Source of the DNA: Eledone cirrhosa
Taxonomy: Eukaryota
Assembly (NCBI GenBank): GCA_964016885.1
Contig: OZ024757.1
Span: 11,470,001-11,534,000, forward strand
DNA length: 64,000 nucleotides
Direction of reading: 5' to 3'
The stretch's first letter is position 1. Every line of letters starts with the position of its first letter. A model generated the notes under the pieces. It was not told where the DNA came from. It saw nothing but the letters and a program-made list of their open reading frames with translations, and made no database searches. The translations under genes were made by a program, and so were the position numbers. Below, piece by piece: positions 55,727 to 64,000 of the stretch.

Positions 55727-55949
55727 AACAGCTTCCTACTCCTAATCAGGCTGGAGTCAGGGTTCCATAGCAAGAGAGCGGATATGATTTCATTGCTGGC
55801 ACGGTGACAGTGGCCAGCAAATTGAGCTCTCCAGGATACGGGAATCAGTAGACAGGACCTGGGGGCGGCGATGGGGGACAGGGAATTCTGGGGCAAGAGA
55901 GTGAGATCCATCATCTCGACATTAGTCGACGAATGATGATGATGATGAT
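55727..55949 (+). mobile_element. Short family-C RTE copy with 5' inversion
   Basis: 55728-55832 is the reverse complement of ~30026-30131; 55833-55949 is a direct copy of ~30152-30266 including the tail. Confidence 0.88.
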
Positions 55950-56209
55950 ATATACATAAATATATTCTGGTTATTTGAAATTAATGAAATTAATGAAAAG
56001 ACGAAAGTATATAATAATTTGTAGTTAAAGGAAAATGTACTCACAAGTTAGTAAACACGTGGTTTTAAATATATAAGAATATAGATGTATGTAAATGTAA
56101 TTGACTGGTCAATTTGGTTTGTTTGCTTTTGTTTTGAAACTGTGACTTGCTGCTAACTCGGGGAGAGAAGTGAAAACACGTCTTTATATTTCAACACCAT
56201 ACATACATA

Positions 56210-56261
<52 letters not shown>

Positions 56262-56371
56262 TACATATATGTATATATATACATATATATATTACATATA
56301 TATATACATACATATATATATATATATATATACATATATACATATGTACATATATACATATATATATATAC

Positions 56372-56434
<63 letters not shown>

Positions 56435-56495
56435 TACATATATACATATATACATATATATATATACATATATACATATATACATATATATACAC

Positions 56496-56526
<31 letters not shown>

Positions 56527-56760
56527 CATATATAAATATATATATATATGCATATATATATATACACATATATATATACATATATAGATATATATATACA
56601 TATATATAAATACATATATATATATACATATATATACATATATATATATATATAAACATATATATATATATACATATATATATACATATATATATATATA
56701 TACATATATACATATATACATATATACATATATATATATATATACATATATACATACATG

Positions 56761-56791
<31 letters not shown>

Positions 56792-57001
56792 GTATACATA
56801 TATATATGTATATATATATGTATATATATGTACTTATATATATATATACATATATATACATATATATATATACATATATATACATATATATACATATATA
56901 TATATACATATATATATTCATATATATACATATATATAAATATACATATATATATACATATATATATATACATATATACATATATACATATATATATATA
57001 C

Positions 57002-57032
<31 letters not shown>

Positions 57033-57067
57033 CATATATACATATATACATATATATATATATATAC

Positions 57068-57120
<53 letters not shown>

Positions 57121-57139
57121 TACATATATATATACATAC

Positions 57140-57170
<31 letters not shown>

Positions 57171-57490
57171 CATATATACATATATATATATATGCATATA
57201 TATATATACACATATATATATATACATATATATATACATATATATATATATACATATATATATACATATATATATTTCGTTTCTGAATTTGTTTAGCAAG
57301 ATTCTTTATCTGAAATCGTGTGTTGAAACCGATATTGTTATACTTTGGGAGGGTTATGTTGCCAATAAGAAACACACGCACCAGTTGCTTTCACTTCAAT
57401 TTAATTTATTATATATTTATAAATTTACAAATTTATAAATTTCTGGTTGGTTGGTTGGTTCCACAACCAGATAGTTGTTTATATATATAT

Positions 57491-57535
57491 AGTCATAGTT
57501 CTTTCGTCACACACTCTGTGACCTCTTCAGTGACT
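57491..57535 (-). ncRNA. Minimal type I hammerhead ribozyme
   Basis: Reverse complement of 57652-57696. Confidence 0.8.
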
Positions 57536-57651
57536 GGGGATTTCTTTCTTCGTTTCTGTGCCTTTCCTTTCTTCTATCCTACGCCATTTTTGAAACAAAA
57601 TGGCGTAGGATAGAAGAAAGGAAAGGCACAGAAACGAAGAAAGAAATCCCC

Positions 57652-57696
57652 AGTCACTGAAGAGGTCACAGAGTGTGTGACGAAAGAACTATGACT
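57652..57696 (+). ncRNA. Minimal type I hammerhead ribozyme
   Basis: AGUCA CUGAAGA G GUCACA(gagug)UGUGAC GAAA GAAC UA| UGACU: 5-bp stem I, 6-bp stem II. Confidence 0.8.
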
Positions 57697-57853
57697 ATAT
57701 ATATATAAACAACTATCTGGTTGTGGAACCAACCAACCAACCAGAAATTTATGAATTTGTAAATTTATAAATATATAATAAATTAAATTGAAGTGAAAGC
57801 AACTGGTGCGTGTGTTTCTTATTGGCAACATGACCCTCCCAAAGTATAACAAC

Positions 57854-57921
<68 letters not shown>

Positions 57922-57937
57922 GTATATATACATATGT

Positions 57938-58134
<197 letters not shown>

Positions 58135-58305
58135 TATATATACATATATATATATACATATATACATATGTATACATATATATACATATCTATATATATA
58201 TAGATATATACATATATATATATATACATATATATATACATATATATATATATACATATATAAATATATATATATACATATATATATATACACATATATA
58301 TACAC

Positions 58306-58432
<127 letters not shown>

Positions 58433-58433
58433 C

Positions 58434-58464
<31 letters not shown>

Positions 58465-58517
58465 CATATATACATATATACATATATACATATATATATA
58501 TATACATATATATGTAC

Positions 58518-58570
<53 letters not shown>

Positions 58571-58583
58571 TACATATATACAA

Positions 58584-58630
<47 letters not shown>

Positions 58631-58669
58631 CATATATACATATATACATATATATATATATATACATAT

Positions 58670-58742
<73 letters not shown>

Positions 58743-58801
58743 TAAATATATATATATGCATATATATATATACACATATATATATACATATATATATACA
58801 C

Positions 58802-58854
<53 letters not shown>

Positions 58855-59417
58855 TTAGTTTTGCGAGGTTTTTTATATGAAATCGTGTGTCGAAACAGAT
58901 ATTGTTATATTTGGGGAGGGTCATATTTGCGTAATATTGCCAGAATTAATAACAGAACACACTCACTGTTTGGTTGGTTTTCGCTTCTCGCTGTCTTTTA
59001 TATATATATATCTGCGATCTAACTTACTCGGTCCTCAATGTTGCCATTGACTGACCGGCGGTCAAAAATAATACAGATACAATATAGACAAACACATATA
59101 TATATAGTTTACATAAATCTTTCGTTGCACATCTGCAACATCGTCAGTGGTGTTATATTCATTGTTCCTCCTGTTGTGTTGTATGTCTACGCCATTTTTT
59201 TTGTTCAGTCTGTCTATATATTTATTTATTTATTTGCTTGTTTGTTTATCTTATTTTATTTTGTCTTCTTTGCGCATGCGTTTGCGTGTGTGTATAGTGT
59301 TATGTGTGATGTGTGACTAGTGTGTATAGTGTTGTCTGCTGGGTGACTAGTGTGTGTTTATGTGCTTGTGTATGTATTTATTTATCTTATTTTATTTAAT
59401 TTAATTTACTTATTTAT

Positions 59418-61091
59418 TTATACTTCTCTTAGGTCAGTGTTGTTTGTTTGGGTGTTGTTGTTGTTCCACTCATTCTTTCTGTTTAGCTTTGGTCTTCTAA
59501 TTTCTATTTCACTGGCCTCTCTGATTTGCCTATCTGCTGGGTCATTCCTATGTTTAGATATTATTCTAATTTCTATGTTGTCTATGTTACCGTCATGATG
59601 TTGTCTAGCATGTTCGTATAGTACTGACCCGTTTTTTCGTCCTTTTAGTTCCCCCCAGTGTTGGTCTATCCTTTCACCTATGCTACGAGCTGTCTCACCT
59701 ATGTATGTTGTTGTCGTGTTTCTGCAAGTACCCTCTGTACATCTTATGCTATAGACTACGTTTCTAGTTTTACAGTTTATCCGGGGGTTCACCTTACATA
59801 TGATACATTTCCTATTGGTACAGTGGGTTTTCTTAAAAGGGTAGGTTTTGCTGATCAGGGATTTTATGGTGGTTCCTGGCTTTTCTACCACCTTTATTTT
59901 TAAGTGGGTCTTTCTCAGGGCCTTTCTACACTGGTTAGCTAATTTCCCTCCAGGGGTGGCGTCCACAAACATGACACTCTGATATCTCTGGTTGTCGTAC
60001 CATGATGTGGCCTTCCCTATCTTATGTCTAGCCCTATCTAAGCTATTCCATGATTTGCTCCTGTATAGTGGGCAAATTCCTTTCATGTCCAGTTCTATGA
60101 GGGTCTTATACTTTTCCATGGCTCCTTCGTATACTCTGACTCTGTCTCTTTGGTTGTAGCCAGAGAACTGCATGCGGTTGATGAAGTGTTGGATGTGTCC
60201 TTCCATTTCTGTTGGGTCGCACATGCTGGACACATTCTTCATCACTCGTACCAAATCTGCGATCAGAATATTAAACTTAGCACTACTGGACATTGCTGAG
60301 TTTTTGAGTATCAGGTATTTGGAGGCCATGGGTTTAGCATAGTGTGAGTGGAGAATTTGGGCTCTCTCGTCTATAGTGTTAATCCAGAGTTCTGTGTCTA
60401 ATACAGGTAGTCTATTGTTAGGGTGTTTGGAAGGGAAGTCTATAGTTACAGTTATACTCTGGTGTATGGAATTAGCTATCTGCTGGATGCTTTCCATCGT
60501 GCTACGTTCTAAATCAAACTTGTTAGTGCTCTCTAGTGGGGGTGTTCTTATAACTATATTGATATCGTCTACATAACGAGAGTACATGATGAGGTCTATG
60601 GAGCTTTCATTAAGGAGATCTTTAAGTCTCCTTTCCCACCATACCATGAAAAGGTTGGCAACATCGCCAGCTATGCTGACGCCGATGGCTGCTCCCTCAT
60701 TTTGGGTGTAGATTTTCTCATTGAACTTAAATATGTGGCCCTTTAGGGTAGTTTTGATACTAGCCCCTATTGCATGTGCGACCATTTTTCTTACCTGATC
60801 AGTGTTTTGGGGGGTCCGTATAGCTTTGGTCCACCCAATCCACCTTCCTATGGGAGTCTTTTTAGCCATTGAGGTTATGGTGGGGGGTCTACCTCTTATA
60901 GGTCTACTAGGGCAGAAACATCTAAGGTCATGGCTGTCTAGGTAGTCAGTGTCGTAGGTAAGTCTAAGTAGGAGGCCCAGTTCGTCTGTGTCGACGTCGC
61001 AGAACTCCACCTCACTCTCAATGATCATCTCCACACATCTTTTCACAGCAAAATCAATGTTAATGGATGGGTACAGTGACACCACATCCAT
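59418..61091 (-). CDS. PLE reverse transcriptase plus GIY-YIG endonuclease, N-terminally truncated
   Basis: 557 aa: DVVSLYPS (RT motif A), QNEGAAIG, RYVDD, LPVLD, then a Cys-rich linker and VVY...YIGET. The frame stays open back to the palindrome axis, so the ATG is internal. Confidence 0.9.
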   Translation of the reverse strand: MDVVSLYPSINIDFAVKRCVEMIIESEVEFCDVDTDELGLLLRLTYDTDYLDSHDLRCFCPSRPIRGRPPTITSMAKKTPIGRWIGWTKAIRTPQNTDQVRKMVAHAIGASIKTTLKGHIFKFNEKIYTQNEGAAIGVSIAGDVANLFMVWWERRLKDLLNESSIDLIMYSRYVDDINIVIRTPPLESTNKFDLERSTMESIQQIANSIHQSITVTIDFPSKHPNNRLPVLDTELWINTIDERAQILHSHYAKPMASKYLILKNSAMSSSAKFNILIADLVRVMKNVSSMCDPTEMEGHIQHFINRMQFSGYNQRDRVRVYEGAMEKYKTLIELDMKGICPLYRSKSWNSLDRARHKIGKATSWYDNQRYQSVMFVDATPGGKLANQCRKALRKTHLKIKVVEKPGTTIKSLISKTYPFKKTHCTNRKCIICKVNPRINCKTRNVVYSIRCTEGTCRNTTTTYIGETARSIGERIDQHWGELKGRKNGSVLYEHARQHHDGNIDNIEIRIISKHRNDPADRQIREASEIEIRRPKLNRKNEWNNNNTQTNNTDLREV

Positions 61092-61261
61092 GCTGCCTAT
61101 TATGCAGTTGGATAGGCTCCTGTTTTTGTTGCACTCACTGATTCTGCTGAGGAGGTCCTCTGTACTTTCACATACATCTATGTGAAAGTACAGAGGACCT
61201 CCTCAGCAGAATCAGTGAGTGCAACAAAAACAGGAGCCTATCCAACTGCATAATAGGCAGC

Positions 61262-62935
61262 ATGGATGTGGTGTCACTGTACCCATCCATTAACATTGAT
61301 TTTGCTGTGAAAAGATGTGTGGAGATGATCATTGAGAGTGAGGTGGAGTTCTGCGACGTCGACACAGACGAACTGGGCCTCCTACTTAGACTTACCTACG
61401 ACACTGACTACCTAGACAGCCATGACCTTAGATGTTTCTGCCCTAGTAGACCTATAAGAGGTAGACCCCCCACCATAACCTCAATGGCTAAAAAGACTCC
61501 CATAGGAAGGTGGATTGGGTGGACCAAAGCTATACGGACCCCCCAAAACACTGATCAGGTAAGAAAAATGGTCGCACATGCAATAGGGGCTAGTATCAAA
61601 ACTACCCTAAAGGGCCACATATTTAAGTTCAATGAGAAAATCTACACCCAAAATGAGGGAGCAGCCATCGGCGTCAGCATAGCTGGCGATGTTGCCAACC
61701 TTTTCATGGTATGGTGGGAAAGGAGACTTAAAGATCTCCTTAATGAAAGCTCCATAGACCTCATCATGTACTCTCGTTATGTAGACGATATCAATATAGT
61801 TATAAGAACACCCCCACTAGAGAGCACTAACAAGTTTGATTTAGAACGTAGCACGATGGAAAGCATCCAGCAGATAGCTAATTCCATACACCAGAGTATA
61901 ACTGTAACTATAGACTTCCCTTCCAAACACCCTAACAATAGACTACCTGTATTAGACACAGAACTCTGGATTAACACTATAGACGAGAGAGCCCAAATTC
62001 TCCACTCACACTATGCTAAACCCATGGCCTCCAAATACCTGATACTCAAAAACTCAGCAATGTCCAGTAGTGCTAAGTTTAATATTCTGATCGCAGATTT
62101 GGTACGAGTGATGAAGAATGTGTCCAGCATGTGCGACCCAACAGAAATGGAAGGACACATCCAACACTTCATCAACCGCATGCAGTTCTCTGGCTACAAC
62201 CAAAGAGACAGAGTCAGAGTATACGAAGGAGCCATGGAAAAGTATAAGACCCTCATAGAACTGGACATGAAAGGAATTTGCCCACTATACAGGAGCAAAT
62301 CATGGAATAGCTTAGATAGGGCTAGACATAAGATAGGGAAGGCCACATCATGGTACGACAACCAGAGATATCAGAGTGTCATGTTTGTGGACGCCACCCC
62401 TGGAGGGAAATTAGCTAACCAGTGTAGAAAGGCCCTGAGAAAGACCCACTTAAAAATAAAGGTGGTAGAAAAGCCAGGAACCACCATAAAATCCCTGATC
62501 AGCAAAACCTACCCTTTTAAGAAAACCCACTGTACCAATAGGAAATGTATCATATGTAAGGTGAACCCCCGGATAAACTGTAAAACTAGAAACGTAGTCT
62601 ATAGCATAAGATGTACAGAGGGTACTTGCAGAAACACGACAACAACATACATAGGTGAGACAGCTCGTAGCATAGGTGAAAGGATAGACCAACACTGGGG
62701 GGAACTAAAAGGACGAAAAAACGGGTCAGTACTATACGAACATGCTAGACAACATCATGACGGTAACATAGACAACATAGAAATTAGAATAATATCTAAA
62801 CATAGGAATGACCCAGCAGATAGGCAAATCAGAGAGGCCAGTGAAATAGAAATTAGAAGACCAAAGCTAAACAGAAAGAATGAGTGGAACAACAACAACA
62901 CCCAAACAAACAACACTGACCTAAGAGAAGTATAA
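61262..62935 (+). CDS. PLE reverse transcriptase plus GIY-YIG endonuclease, N-terminally truncated (mirror copy)
   Basis: Identical 557-aa translation to 59418-61091. Confidence 0.9.
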   Translation: MDVVSLYPSINIDFAVKRCVEMIIESEVEFCDVDTDELGLLLRLTYDTDYLDSHDLRCFCPSRPIRGRPPTITSMAKKTPIGRWIGWTKAIRTPQNTDQVRKMVAHAIGASIKTTLKGHIFKFNEKIYTQNEGAAIGVSIAGDVANLFMVWWERRLKDLLNESSIDLIMYSRYVDDINIVIRTPPLESTNKFDLERSTMESIQQIANSIHQSITVTIDFPSKHPNNRLPVLDTELWINTIDERAQILHSHYAKPMASKYLILKNSAMSSSAKFNILIADLVRVMKNVSSMCDPTEMEGHIQHFINRMQFSGYNQRDRVRVYEGAMEKYKTLIELDMKGICPLYRSKSWNSLDRARHKIGKATSWYDNQRYQSVMFVDATPGGKLANQCRKALRKTHLKIKVVEKPGTTIKSLISKTYPFKKTHCTNRKCIICKVNPRINCKTRNVVYSIRCTEGTCRNTTTTYIGETARSIGERIDQHWGELKGRKNGSVLYEHARQHHDGNIDNIEIRIISKHRNDPADRQIREASEIEIRRPKLNRKNEWNNNNTQTNNTDLREV

Positions 62936-63574
62936 ATAAATAAGTAAATTAAATTAAATAAAATAAGATAAATAAATACATACACAAGCACATAAACACA
63001 CACTAGTCACCCAGCAGACAACACTATACACACTAGTCACACATCACACATAACACTATACACACACGCAAACGCATGCGCAAAGAAGACAAAATAAAAT
63101 AAGATAAACAAACAAGCAAATAAATAAATAAATATATAGACAGACTGAACAAAAAAAATGGCGTAGACATACAACACAACAGGAGGAACAATGAATATAA
63201 CACCACTGACGATGTTGCAGATGTGCAACGAAAGATTTATGTAAACTATATATATATGTGTTTGTCTATATTGTATCTGTATTATTTTTGACCGCCGGTC
63301 AGTCAATGGCAACATTGAGGACCGAGTAAGTTAGATCGCAGATATATATATATAAAAGACAGCGAGAAGCGAAAACCAACCAAACAGTGAGTGTGTTCTG
63401 TTATTAATTCTGGCAATATTACGCAAATATGACCCTCCCCAAATATAACAATATATACATATATATATATATATATATACATATATATACATATATATAC
63501 ATATATATATATATATATAAACATATATATATATATACATATATATATACATATATATATATACATATATATAT

Positions 63575-63619
<45 letters not shown>

Positions 63620-63625
63620 TATATG

Positions 63626-63692
<67 letters not shown>

Positions 63693-63731
63693 GTATATAT
63701 ATATCTATATATATATATGTATATATATATG

Positions 63732-63788
<57 letters not shown>

Positions 63789-63789
63789 G

Positions 63790-63856
<67 letters not shown>

Positions 63857-63940
63857 GTATATATATATCTATATATATATATGTATATATATATGTATAT
63901 ATATATACATATATACATATATAGATATATATATATATAC

Positions 63941-63983
<43 letters not shown>

Positions 63984-64000
63984 TACATATATACATATAT

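Larger units (their letters stand above)
57277..57853. mobile_element. Inverted pair of Nematis-like family 2 pLTRs (no ORF)
   Basis: Near-perfect palindrome about 57591-57596; matches 44670-44985. Confidence 0.9.
58855..63454. mobile_element. Nematis-like family 1 PLE forming a 4.6-kb palindrome
   Basis: Arms 58899-61174 and 61179-63454 mirror about a 4-nt loop (catc); the left arm has ~45 extra bp. pLTR HHRs lie at ~59103-59157 (-) and ~63196-63250 (+). Confidence 0.95.

Noticed and set aside
59418-62935. Two complete divergently transcribed RT genes
   Set aside because: The ATG lies at RT motif A and the frame is open to the axis; the N-terminal part is missing and there is no room for a promoter.

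Overview
Eukaryotic, AT-rich, almost entirely repetitive DNA; the C2H2-ZNF remnant, SINE family, RTE LINEs with (TGA)n tails and large (TA)n tracts suggest a cephalopod (Octopus-like) genome, which is inference. No intact host gene is visible. The window holds a frameshifted C2H2 zinc-finger pseudogene, about 11 RTE-clade LINE copies (3 families), a near-complete CR1/L2-group LINE, a CRE-like fragment, SINEs and satellites, plus many Penelope-like elements (PLEs; Nematis-like and Hydra-like) inserted into (TA)n. The main signal is an RNA-level system read by eye: about 16 type I hammerhead ribozyme (HHR) motifs with an intact or near-intact core, in several architectures. These include (i) non-coding ~500-bp head-to-tail repeats each carrying one compact HHR (retrozyme-like), in one case fused to a PLE ORF, and (ii) HHRs with an unusually long (~90-100 nt) stem II. 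PLE insertions are fold-back structures, including a near-perfect 4.6-kb palindrome, and each has one long ('tailed') end and one short end. Coordinates of degenerate elements are approximate and all folds are manual, not computed.
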